Assembly: GCA_000388065.2 (NCBI GenBank)
Contig: KB932216.1
Strand: one strand, 5' to 3'
Length of the DNA stretch: 31,558 nucleotides
DNA from: Fonticula alba ATCC 38817
Lineage: Eukaryota > Protista > Nucleariida
A program made the position numbers and the translations under genes. Below, one piece after another: positions 1 through 14,420 of the stretch. The notes below the pieces were generated by a model, which searched no databases, was not told where the DNA came from, and worked only from the letters and a program-made list of their open reading frames with translations. Each line of letters begins with the position of its first letter. Within the stretch, counting starts at the first letter, position 1.

Positions 1-21
1 GGGGGGGGGGGGGGGGGGGGG

Positions 22-170
22 AGGACAGAGGGGTAAAGAGACAGAGAGACAGAGAGACATAGATACACAAACACTAAGATACACAGACACACAGACACTA
101 AGATACACAGACACACAAACACTAAGACACACAGACACACAGACACACAGACACACAGACACACAGACAA
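22..170. repeat. GACA/GACACACA-type microsatellite after a 5' poly-G run; likely an intron interior on the minus strand
   Basis: Repeated gacacaca and gacactaagatacaca units are visible. On the minus strand the tract follows a GTGCGT donor at 181. Confidence 0.85.
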
Positions 171-181
171 CAAGGACGCAC

Positions 182-298
182 ATTGCTGGAAAGCGAGATG
201 TTCGGATCATTGTCAAACCCCCACCCTCGCCGGCGGAGAGCACTCTTCCAGACGCTCGGCGAGTACCAAGACATGACGCGCGCCTGGGAGGAACGGGC
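182..298 (-). CDS. Putative exon (ARSSQARV-MSWYSPSVWKSALRRRGWGFDNDPNISLSSN); possible first coding exon of the MFS gene, ATG at 274
   Basis: Bounded by a TTCTTAG acceptor (300-299) and a consensus GTGCGT donor (181). It is 117 nt and open in phase 0-0. No homology recognised. Confidence 0.3.
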
Positions 299-1379
299 CT
301 AAGAAGGAGATCCCGGGGGGGGGGGGGGGGATCGGCGCGGCTCGGCGCGACCGTGACGCAGCGGCCTCCGCGGCGCCGGGACAAGGCCAAGACAGGGACG
401 AGCCCAGGAAGGGGAAGGGGAGGCGAGCAGGGGAAAGGCGCGAAGCAGCAGCGGAAAGCTCGAAACAGCGATGGCAGCGGCAGTACAGTAGGAGGGGAGG
501 AGTCTGCACGGCCGCCGGATCACGGCCGGCACCGGGGTACCCCCACAAGGGGACACCGGGCCGCAGGCAAAGGCCCGGAAGTCCCCAGCGAGCCGGGGCA
601 CTCCGGCACACATGCGCGCGCCCCCGCAGGTCGGGCGGCCACCCCCCGCCCCCCCCCCCCCCCCCCCCTGCCCCCCGCGGACCGAGCCGCCACGCCAGGG
701 GGCGCCAGCGCCCAAAAACACAACAACAACAACAACAACAACACCAACAATCCAGCCCCCATCCGCGGCCAGAACATGCGGCCAGCCTTCTTATTTCTCC
801 CAGCCTCCTCGCACGGGCGACCGGCCCGCTTTCAACGCGGTGCTCCAAAAAAAGGCCTTTAAATATTAAAATAGACATCCCCACACAGGGACACATTGCA
901 CCGCGTCCCCGCCGCGGCTCCCCCTACCCCCCCGATCAACAACACAGTACAGCGCAAGAAGGCGAGCGAGGGCATGACCCCTGCTGCCATCGGACCCCGC
1001 TGCCGGCCGGCCTGAGGAAACAACAAAAAGAGCCCAAGCCCCTCTCACGTTTCTCGGAGTGTATTTTTTCGTCGAGCCGCTCTGCTCCCCCCCGGCCCGG
1101 GGGCGGGGGAACGCGCACGCACACACATACGGCCCACGCATCGCGGCAGGCACGCGCCAACACCCCCCCCCCCCCCCCGTCGGGGAGAGTCGGGCCAAGT
1201 CAGGGGCGGAGGCATGCGCGGACAAAAGAGCGCAGCCGGGAGAGAAGCCGGTCAGCCCGGCCCCGGCCCCCGCGCGCGGCGCACGAATACCGCGAGCGGG
1301 GGCTTCTCCCCGTTCCCCCCCCCCCCGAGGGGCAGCCGGCCGCCGGATCATGCGGCCGGGACCGACCATTGGCACATGA

Positions 1380-2097
1380 TCAGTCCCGCTTGTCGATCGC
1401 GGCCCGCTCGCTGGCCTCCATGGCCGCGGCGAGCCCCGGCGCCGGGGCCTGGCCCAGGATCATGACCACCACCAGGGCGACATGGGCCGCGAAGAGCAGC
1501 GCCCCGCCGATCCACAGGCGCTCGAAGGTCGGCTGGCCGAGGAACTCCAGTTCGTAGGCGGCCGCCAGCCACACCCCCTGGCTGGCCAGCCAGAACCCCA
1601 GCACCGGCAGGCCGACGGCCAGCGGGCGCCGGCGCAGGCCCGCCGCAAAGGGCAGCACCAGCGGCAGGAGCGTCAAGTACCACATGAAGTACTGGCGGCG
1701 GGGGGTGGCCACATGTCAGTCGATGGGGGCGGCCGTGTGTGCCCATGCGCCCTGCCGGTGGCATGGCGGGCAGGCCAGTGGCTTCCCCGCCCCGTGTCCC
1801 CCTCTGCCCCCGCGCCCTGGTCCGTGTGCGCGCACCTGCGAGGTGATGACCTTGTTGAAGGCCACGAAGACCACCGTCTGCAGGAAGAGGCAGAACACGA
1901 TGTCCTGGTGGAAGGCCGCCACGATGGTCCCGAGGGCCACCAGCTGCGGCACGAAAGCCAGCAGCCCATACACCGAGGAGCTGGCCACATTGCCGATGGT
2001 CTGATACAGGAAGTAGTAGTACAGGGAGAAGTTGTGCCGATGGTCGCGCCGGGTCAGGTGGTACAGCAGCGAGTCGTGCAGGAACTGATACCCATAG
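1380..2097 (-). CDS. PIGM: GPI alpha-1,4-mannosyltransferase I (PIG-M/Gpi14), 3' exons 5-6
   Basis: Exons 2097-1836 and 1691-1380 (stop TGA). Family motifs YGYQFL..LYHLTRRDHRHNFS, FVAFNKVITSQYFMWYLTLLP and WLAAAYELEFLG. Confidence 0.95.
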
Positions 2098-2172
2098 CTG
2101 GTGGTCGGCAAGAAAAGAGGACAGCCGTGTGGGGAAAGGGTGTCAGAGAGGGGGAGAGAGAGGGAGAGAGAG

Positions 2173-2182
2173 NNNNNNNNNN
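2173..2182. other. Assembly gap (10 N)
   Basis: Run of N; left flank is a GA repeat. Confidence 1.
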
Positions 2183-5629
<3,447 letters not shown>

Positions 5630-5662
5630 GTACGTGCTCCCCCCCCCCCGCCCCCTCGTCGC

Positions 5663-5672
5663 NNNNNNNNNN
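5663..5672. other. Assembly gap (10 N)
   Basis: Run of N; right flank is a GA repeat. Confidence 1.
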
Positions 5673-5832
5673 GGGAGAGAGAGGGAGAGAGGGAGAGAGA
5701 GGGAGGGAGAGAGAGGGAGAGAGAGGGAGAGAGAAAGAGAAAAAAGAGAGAAAAACACCCCCCAGCAAAGCACCCTTCCGCCGGAGAGACACCCAGCACA
5801 CCCGGCCTCGAACGGGGCAGCAGCGCACGTAC

Positions 5833-7150
5833 AGTCGATAGAAGAAGCCCGTCAGAGCCAGGAAGGTGCCGGCCGAGATGGCCGCGAAGAGCAGGCGCTC
5901 GCGCGCCAGGCAGAAGCGGATGGCGCGCGCGAGCCGGCCCCCGCTGGCCGAGACCACAGGCCCGGCCACCTCGATGGACAGGGCCAGCGGGATGGCATAG
6001 ATGATGGGGTAGGTGCGGAAGTGCACCAGCAGGCCGAACACCATGGCGGCCAGGGCCACGCGTCGCCGCGCCAGCAGGTACAGGCACCCCACCAGCAGCA
6101 GGGCCGTGATGGCCTCGGAGTTGCCGCGCGCCGTGATGGTCATGGTGAATGGATTGACCATCCACAGGCAGTTACACAGGTACTCGAGCAGGAGTTCCCG
6201 GTCGGCGCGGGCTGTGTCCAGCGGCCGGGGGCACGGGGCCGAGGGGCGGCAGATCGCGATCGCGTCAGCAGCCATCACACGCCGCCCTGGGGGTGGGGGA
6301 AGGGGCAGGGCCGGGGGAAGGGGCAGAGCCGGGGGAAGGGGCAGAGCCGGGGGAAGGAGCAACCCCCCGCCCGGACGGGGACGCCCGGGCAAAAAGAAAA
6401 GAAGCAAAGGAGGCCAGGGAGGGCATACACGTGCACGCACTCTTGGCGGCGTTGGGGCCGACCAGGGCCGAGCGCCGGGCCAGCAGCAGCCGCCCGAGCA
6501 GCACCCCGGCCGCCAGGTCCACCAGCGAAAAGAGCACCTTCCCCGGCAGGAAGGACCCGGTCAGGGGATTGACCAGCAGCAGCCAGGCCAGCAGCGGCGT
6601 ATAGCGATACGTGAGCCTGGCCAATGTCGGGGCAGCCGGTCAGCGACACTGGGCACACATGGGGCCCCGACTGGCCCCCCTCACCACGCCCCTCGCAGCG
6701 GGGCCAAGGACACACGCACCGCTGGTAGGGCGACTCGCCGGCGGCCACAAACTGCGCGGCGTCCGTGAAAACATGGTAGTCGATGTCCGTGAACCGGACG
6801 GCCATGGTGCGGTCCTGCCACTCACCGTAGGCTGGCCATCGTGTTCAGGCAGGCACAGGCGAAACCCGCCCAAAGAGGGCAGACACCGAGCCGGGCCCCG
6901 GCGGAGGGCGTCAGTTCCGGGCGACATGGCTAGGGCTGCCGGCCCCATCGGGCAGTGGAATTGCATGTGCGTGCGTGCGTGCATGTATGTGTGTGTGTGT
7001 GTGCGGGTGCTCAGACGCACCAACCAGGCCCAGCCGCAGGACGAGGCCAATCACCGGCAGCAGCCACCGGCGTTGGTCGAGGGCCTGCGCCACCCACAGC
7101 AGGGGGGACACATTGCGCGCACGCCGCGCGGCGGGCTCCCTTCCGGACAT
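5833..7150 (-). CDS. PIGM: PIG-M 5' exons 1-4
   Basis: Exons 7150-7021, 6831-6720, 6616-6441 and 6211-5833. Motifs [53 protein letters not shown] and [10 protein letters not shown]. With exons 5-6 the total is 1371 nt = 456 aa + stop. Confidence 0.95.
6295..6357. repeat. 18-bp tandem repeat (GGGGGAAGGGGCAGRGCC) x3.5 in PIGM intron 3
   Basis: Units start at 6295, 6313, 6331 and 6349 (partial). Confidence 0.9.
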
Positions 7151-8051
7151 GCAGGCGCACGGGGCCGGGGGCAGGCGGGCAGGCGCGCCGAGAGGGACGC
7201 CTAGACAAGACAGCCGCCGAGGCAGGCAGGCAGAGCGGGGCGGGGCAGGGCGAGCACTGGAGGGCAAGGGAGCTCGCGCGCGCGCGTGTGTGTGTGTGTG
7301 AGAGAGAGGGAGAGAGGGCAGCAGGGGAGGAGAGGGAGGCGGGGTATGCCGGAGCATCGCGCGACGATCCCCCCCGACCGGAGCCAGCCACCTCTTCTTG
7401 CCCGGGGACCGGGGGGGGGGGGGGGGGGGGGGGAGCGACCGGCGTCCTCCCCGCGCCCGGCGCCAGATCGCCCCTCGGCAGGAATGTCAGGGCCGCCGGT
7501 GCGCCGGCATGTCGGCGCCAGGTCGGCAGTTGCCCCGCCATCCGACCCCCGAGGGGCTCCGGCCACCGTCGGGATCTGTTGGGGGTTCATGGACTCTCGG
7601 GCGCGCGCGCGCCCCGGTCGCCTGCGTGCCCCCAGCCCGCCCCTCGGTGCTGTTCCGGCCCCCCCCCCCTCCCAGGGCTGGGGCCGGGGGGCCCGGGCGG
7701 TCACTTGCCCGGCGCAGGGGGGAATTAACACACCTGCGTCCAGGGCACGCACACGCGTACGCCGCCCCCGAAGGAGAGGCGCCCCGCCCCACGCTGCGGC
7801 GCGGCACCCTCCCTCCCCGCTGGAGGATCACCCCGCGCGAGGCCACCCCCCGCGCCTTGGGCAACGTTGTCGCTCGCCCCCCCCCCCCGTCGCGTCGTGC
7901 CCCCGCCCGGGCGTGCGCAGACAGGCCCCGGCACATTTTTCCGGCCCGCCTGCGGGGCTCTGGGCGCCCGGGCCAGATCGGCACTCCCCTTCTCCCCCTC
8001 CCTTCTCGCCCTGCTGCGCCGTTTGCCCCGGCGCCTGCCCGCCCGCCCGCC

Positions 8052-8061
8052 NNNNNNNNNN
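8052..8061. other. Assembly gap (10 N)
   Basis: Run of N; the MFS gene breaks off here. Confidence 1.
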
Positions 8062-8203
8062 GAGAGAGAGAGAGAGAGAGAGAGAGAGGCACCGACGGGG
8101 CAGCCAGAGTCAGCAGGGATCGGCCGGAATCAGCAGAGCACCAACCCGAGCCCCGGGGCAGCGAAAAGAAAAAAAAGGAAAGGCAAGGACCCCCAAAACA
8201 CAC

Positions 8204-9390
8204 CGACATAGAAGCTGACATTCATCATCAGCACGCCGAACACCGGGCCCAGGGCAAAGCTGACAAAACCGCGCAATGGTCAGTCCACATGGCAAACGAG
8301 GCGGACAAGGCGAGGCACCCGGGGAAGGCCGAGACCCAGGACCCTCCCCCCGGCGCAATGCACGACGCACCCGGTCTCGAGCAAGGTCGTGGAGATGGAA
8401 ATGAAATAGAAACGCTCGGAGCCCGAGGACCCGGACCCCACAACCGGCGTCGAGTGGGCAATGTACGGCAGCGTGATGAGGGTGCCACTCAAGCTGCGGA
8501 GAGCAGGGCCCGGGGGGGAAGGGGGAGAGGACATTAGCAAAGAAAAAAAAAGAGAGAGAAACACACATCCTCGCCAAAGACCAAACGGGAGGCCGACCAC
8601 GCGGCACGACACGCACCAGAAGCCCAGGGAGAAGCGCGACAGCAGGATCGCAAAGCGATTCAATGCAAACAGGTATCCCATGCTGAAGATGATGGAAAAG
8701 ATCCCCATGGTGATGAACACCTGTCGGGCGTTCTTTCGGACATACCTGCGGATGTGGGTGTGAGGGGGGGGAGGGGGGGGGGCCGCAAGGAGGGTAGACC
8801 GGGTGAGAATTGCCAATCGAGGCCCAGGGCATGCAACAGCGGCGGCGATCATTAACAACATCAAATACATGCATGTGTGCCTGCACATCCGGGGATAGGC
8901 AGGATGGCCGGCCACGCACCAGTAGTTGGTCACCGGCAAGCCGAGCAGCTGCCCCAGGGGGAACATGGCCGACACGATGCCCAGCTCCAGGTGGCTATCC
9001 GTGCCCGAGGACGGGGTCATGGTGGCTGCATGGGCAGGAGGAGGCGCAGGAGAGGGGGGAAACACGGTTAGCAGGGGGGGGGGGAGCGAAAAGACAAACC
9101 CCACGGCCGCCACGAGACCGAGGGACACACGCACGTCCGGGCTTCATGGATTCCAGGAAGAGGTATAGCGAGGGGACCGTGACGCTGGCCATCATGGCGC
9201 CGAAGAAGAGAATCGCCATGGCCACATAGAGCGAGCGGGTGCGGCTGCGCCGCTGCGATGGCGACTCCAGCGTCCCGTTCGGGCCCTCGGTGCGGATGAG
9301 GTTCTCCTGGGCCGAGGGGTCCAGCCCGCGGAAGACCACATTCGGGTCCTCGACCGACGGATCGGTCAAGGCCTCGACATCGGGCGAGGG
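8204..9390 (-). CDS. MFS transporter, MFSD8/CLN7-like, N-terminal half only (first exon and C-terminal half not on this contig)
   Basis: Phase-consistent exons 9390-9135, 9025-8920, 8745-8617, 8493-8371 and 8259-8204. Successive TM segments RSLYVAMAILFFGAMMASVTVPSLYLFL, LGIVSAMFPLGQLLGLP, AILLSRFSLGF and ETGFALGPVFG parallel MFSD8 TM1-TM5. Confidence 0.8.
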
Positions 9391-9420
9391 CTGGTATTTG
9401 AGTTAGGGAGCGGTGGATTG

Positions 9421-9640
9421 GCGAGGGAGAGAGAGAGAGGGAGGGAGAGAGAGAGGGAGAGGGAGAGAGGGGGAGAGAGAGGGAGAGAGGGAGAGAGAGG
9501 GAGGNNNNNNNNNNCACCTCTCTCTCGCACCTCTCTCTCACACCTCTCTCTCGCACCTCTCTCTCACACCTCTCTCTCGCACCTCTCTCACACTTCTCTC
9601 GCACCTCTCTCACACTTCTCTCACACTTCTCTCTCACACT
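9421..9640. repeat. GA microsatellite, a 10-N gap (9505-9514), then a CACCTCTCTCTCG-type repeat
   Basis: Purine-rich left of the gap and pyrimidine-rich right of it, i.e. introns of opposite-strand genes abut here. Confidence 0.9.
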
Positions 9641-9680
9641 CCGCAACCTCTCCCCCCCCCCTCCCAACCCATGCACACAG

Positions 9681-10205
9681 GATGGCCTACATCACCTGTC
9701 CCTCCAGTGGGGCGGCAGCGCCCTGGCGCCCTGGCACCTGTGCGCCACCGCACAGGAGGGCCACATGCTGGTGTACCACCTGGGCGCCCTGCAGGGGCTC
9801 ACACGCCCTGGCGACGCGGCGGACGCCTCCCGACCGGTCGCCTGCGCCGGCCGCCATGCCGGGCCCGCCTGGCGCGCGGCCTTCCTCCCCGGAGGGTCGG
9901 TCCTCTCTTGCGGCGAGGACAGCAGCCTGGTGCAGGCCTGGCCCGCCACCCTCACCGACGACGCCGATGCCGAGGTCGCTGGCGCGGAGGACCCCCGGCC
10001 GCCGGTGGTGTGGTCCACCCGCGGCACTCTCCCCCTCGGCGTCCGGGCCTTCGACTGTGCGCCGCTCGGGTGGTTCCCCCCCGGTGGCGCCGGCGGGGCC
10101 GCCCGGCGGCCCAGCACCGCCGACGGGCTGTCCCTGTGCGTGGTGGCGGTGCCGGACTGCGAGGCCCTCGGCTTCCTCGTGATCCCCCACGACCCGCCCA
10201 TGTGA
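9681..10205 (+). CDS. NUP43: Terminal exon of a WD40 protein, probably the NUP43-like C-terminus (5' exons at 30478-31329)
   Basis: CACAG acceptor at 9679-9680, phase 0, 174 aa + TGA. HLCATAQEGHMLVYHL, HAGPAWRAAFLPGGSVLSCGEDSSL and LGVRAFD...VPDCEAL resemble NUP43 VVATGGQDGMLSIWD, HEAEMWEVHF..LFTCSEDGSL and LSVNTLD...GTDAEAI (from recall). Confidence 0.6.
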   Translation, partial: DGLHHLSLQWGGSALAPWHLCATAQEGHMLVYHLGALQGLTRPGDAADASRPVACAGRHAGPAWRAAFLPGGSVLSCGEDSSLVQAWPATLTDDADAEVAGAEDPRPPVVWSTRGTLPLGVRAFDCAPLGWFPPGGAGGAARRPSTADGLSLCVVAVPDCEALGFLVIPHDPPM

Positions 10206-10911
10206 ACACCAATAGACTGGATTCTGCTCCATTAGATCGCGCACGTGACACCTCCCGGGCTTGCGCCTTGGCGTGTCAGGGCGCGCAGGCCCGCCGCCGC
10301 CCCACCCCCCAGCTCCGCCGGGTGGCGGGGCCTTCCCCTTGTGCGTGCGCCGCGGCCTCGGAGGCGGGGGGGGGGGGGGGCGCGCTTTTGGGCTCCCCTT
10401 CCCCCCCCCCCCCCCCGTGCATCGCGGTGTGCCGGCCCGGGGGCCGGCGCGACAAAAGGCCCGGGCGGGCCCGTCTGTCGCCATCTTCCTTCCCGGCCCG
10501 GGCGGGGCCCGCGCTCCGGGATCAAAGTGGCAGATTGCCGGCTCCCGGGGGGGGGGGAGGCCGCACCAGCGTGCGGGGCCCCACATCCACAATGACGAGG
10601 GCCGGGGCGGCATCTGCCAACGAGGCGCCCGGCAAGGCTCGCCGGCCGGCAGCCAGACCCGCGGCCTTGGCCACCGGACGCCGGCGCCAGCGCCCATGTC
10701 CGAAGGGCGCGCCCCGGCCACAGCACGCACGGCGGCCGGTGGCCGGCGGCGGGGGGGGCGGCACTTGGCCGCGCCAGGCGGCAAGCTCCCAAGATCGCTC
10801 CCGCGAAGGCGGGGTCGCCACCGTTCAAGGGCCGGGCCTCCGGGCGCCGCGAGCGGCCACGCTCGCCCGGGCACCGCCCTCCCCCTCCCGCGCGCCGCCC
10901 CGCCCCCCCCC

Positions 10912-10921
10912 NNNNNNNNNN
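10912..10921. other. Assembly gap (10 N)
   Basis: Run of N upstream of the VARP start. Confidence 1.
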
Positions 10922-11036
10922 GTCCCCCCCGTCCGCCGGTGTCGCCGTCCTTCCCGGTGTCACCCGCGGCCGCCCCCTCTTCCCTCCCTACCCCTTCCCC
11001 CCCCTCCCCCCCGGACCCGAGAAAGAAAGAGAGGCT

Positions 11037-13313
11037 ATGTGCGCCTCCCTGGCCATCTTCCACGATGACGACGAGGACATCACCGAGAATGCCTTCCTCC
11101 AAAGTGTCCAGGCCCGGTCGGACATCATGGCCATCATCTCCATGACCGCCCAGCAGAATGCCCTCGCCCAGGTCCCGCCGGCCGAGGGGCTCGGCGCCTC
11201 GTGCTCCGGGTCGCCGGCCGTCCTGGCCACGGCCGCCCTGGACCCCGGGTCCTGCAGCCCCGGGTCGCCGGCTGCGGCGGCCGCAGCGGCCGGCGACACC
11301 CCCATGCGCCTCGAGGGGACCTTCTTCATTGCCGTGCCCTCGACCGCCTCGCTGAATGCCGCGGGCTTGGTTGGTCCCTTTGCCGACTCGTTCCTCGGTG
11401 CGTCCAGCCCCCCCCCCCGGCCCCCGGCCGACGTATGTCCTGCTTCCCCACGCACCCCCCCCCGTTCCCGGGGGGGCGGGGGAGCCGCCGCGTCTCGCTC
11501 ACCTGCCCTCCTCTCCGCGCGCCCAGCGTCGCACCTCATGCGCGCCATCAGCCAGCCGGGCGCCCCCGCCGGCACGCCCCAGCGCTACCGGACCCTCAAC
11601 GGCCGGGTCGTCTCCCTGTCCGAGGATGGCAGCCACTTCGAGCTGTCCCCGGGTGCGCTTCTCGCCGGATGCCCGCGCGCCCCGCCCTTCGCCTCTGCCC
11701 GGGGTCTGACCCGTGATCCCCCCCCGCCCCCCCGCCCCCCCGCCCCCTCGTTTGCCTGCCCGTCGCCCGGCGCAGAGCACGGCTTTTCCAGCGACCGCCG
11801 CGTGCGCATCCTCTTCGACGAGTCCTTCTACGGGTCGCTCGACATCGATCCCGACATGCTGGCCCTCCTGCCGGCCGGAGTGGACCCGGAGAATGCCCTC
11901 CTCTACCAGGCGGTCTGCGTGGCGGATGTCTTTGACACCTGCCAGTCGAGCCTGCTCCTGGGGGACCAGCGCCCCGGGGCCGAGCCCTTCCCGCTGAACC
12001 CCCCCGAGGCGGTGGACTTCCTCCGGCTGCCAGGCCACCCGGGGTCGATGGCCGACGGCCACGGGCAGCCGGGGCTCGGGGTCGACCCGCCGGCCCTCGA
12101 CGGCCCGGATCTCAGTCGCACGCCGAGCTTCACGCACATCTCCCCCGGCCCGCGGCTCACCGAGTCGTCCTTCGACTTCCCGGCGTCCTCCAGCTCGTCG
12201 TCCTCGTCGCCGGCGCTGGTCACCGGCCCCGGGCCCGGGGGGGGCGCCGGCGGCGGGCCGGGTGCCGGGCCGGCCGGCGCCCTGCCGGAGCCCCCGACGA
12301 CCCGGGACCCGGCCGGGCCCAGCCCGCTGGCCCTGTCCATGCTGCCGGCCACCGGGGGCAATGTGGCCGAGGGCCTCGCGGCCGCGCGCACCATGGCCAG
12401 GGGGGCGCCGGCCGCCGGGGATGCCTGGATCGAGGTGGGGGCCCCGCCGCCCGGGCCGGACATCGGCCGGCTGTCCCTCCGCCGGTCGGACTCGCTGTCG
12501 GTCCGGCCCCGGGCCACGGGCCGGCTGTCGGTCACCTCCGGGCCGGCCCCGGGGTTCGGCATCCGCCGGTCATCCTCCGTGTCGGGGCGGCTGTACACGG
12601 CCCCGGGGCCGGGGGATCCGGCCGACGCGCCGGAGAGCGAGCTCCCGGCCGTGGCCGGCTTCCCCTTCGGCAGCCGGCTGGTGTACATCCCCCCGCGCAA
12701 GTCCTACCCGGATTGCCGGCAATTCCTCATGGGCACCTCCGACAACACCGAGGCCCTGGAACTCATCAGCGCCCTTCTCATTGAGTTCCACCACCTTTTC
12801 GAGAATGTGATTGCCTCGATCACCGGCGGCCGGTCCGACTCGGACTTGGTTTTCCACTTTCTCTCCTCGATGTCCAGCTCGGAGGACGGCCCGGCCGCCG
12901 GGATGGGGGCCAATGCCGGGGCCGGTGGCCGGCGTGGCTCCGGCCAGGCCGACGGCCCCGGGTCCCCCGGGGGACCCGGGGCCTCTCTCGGCGGGGCCCC
13001 GGTCGCCGGGTCCAGCCGCACGGCCCACGGGTCGCCGGCTTCTTCCGGGCACGCCCGGTCCGGCAGTTCCTCCAGCCGGCTGTCCTCCTTCCTGAGCCGG
13101 TTTTCCTCGCCCACCGGCAGCATGTCCCCCACGCCGGCCGGCAGCCCGGTGGTCGGGGCCGGGGCCGGGGCCGGGGCCGGGGCCGGCCGGCCACCGCGGG
13201 CCATGTCCAGCCCCGGGTCCGGCCGGCCCAGCCTGCGCGTGGCCACGACCCCCTCTCCCGGGCCGGGGCGCAGCTCCAGCGCCGATGCCACCTCACCGGT
13301 GGCCGCCGTCACT

Positions 13314-13346
<33 letters not shown>

Positions 13347-14373
13347 CCCCCCCTGTCGCCGGCGGTCGGGGTCATTCGGTCCCCCTTCGGCGGCGGGGGG
13401 CACTTCCAGCCGGCGGCCGAGCCGCAGCGCCCCGGGCCCGGGCACCAGCGCTCCGGCTCGGCGCACCGGATCCCCGGCACCCCGGTGAGCATTGCCTCGC
13501 GGCCGGTGCTGGCCCCGGCCCTCGGGACCGAGGCCCTGCACTCGACCAGCCCGCCGGTGGTGGTGGACCTCCTGGAGCAGGACCCGGTGCCGGTGTGGCA
13601 GCCGCACGGGCCCCCGATGCCGAAGCCGCCGGCGGCCATCGACGACTTCGACCTCATCCCGCAGGAGCTCTGCGGCCAGCTGGCCCAGAGCGTCCACGCG
13701 GCCATGGTCTATCTCGAGTGCACGAATCCCCTCTTCGCCGAGATGGCCTCCTTCCTGCCGGGGGCGCTGCTCCGGCCGGGGGGGCCGGGCGGGGCCCGGC
13801 CGGCCGCCGCCGAGGCCGCCGCGCTGAATGCCCCCGGGGCTTTGGCCGCCGGCGGCGGCCGGCTGGCGCCCCTGCTGACCGGCGACCTGGCCCTCGATGA
13901 CCCGGTCCCGGTGGCCTTCGTCGCGCGGCAGATGGTCCGCAACTGGACGCGGCTGCTGCACATGGTGGAGACCTACATCCTCGGGCAGACGCACACGCTG
14001 GTCTTCCTGTCGCTGACCATTCGCCTGGACTCGCAGGAGGCCTACCTGGTCCGGTGCTTCCAGCGGCTGCAGGCCCTGCCATTGGCCTTCTTCCTCCGGC
14101 CGGATCTGGGTCCCGGGTCGGCGGCCGCGCAGGCGGCCGGCCCCCCGGCCGAGGTGTCCGCCTGTCGGCCCATGTCCCGCGAGGAGCGCCTCCTGCACTC
14201 GGTGGCCACCGACATCCTGGGCAAGCTGGACAACTTCAAGTCCCCGAGCGACAAGATGTTTGTCATCCAGACCACCTTCGAGGCGATCCTCAAGTGTTTC
14301 AATGGTGCGCTCGTGCGGCTCGGTGTCTTTTTGTTGCCTGTGGGTGTTTCCTGTGTGTGTGTGTGTGTGCGTG

Positions 14374-14420
<47 letters not shown>

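Noticed and set aside
719-750. (CAA)n as a coding poly-Asn/Gln tract
   Set aside because: No flanking splice signals or coding-like context; treated as a microsatellite.
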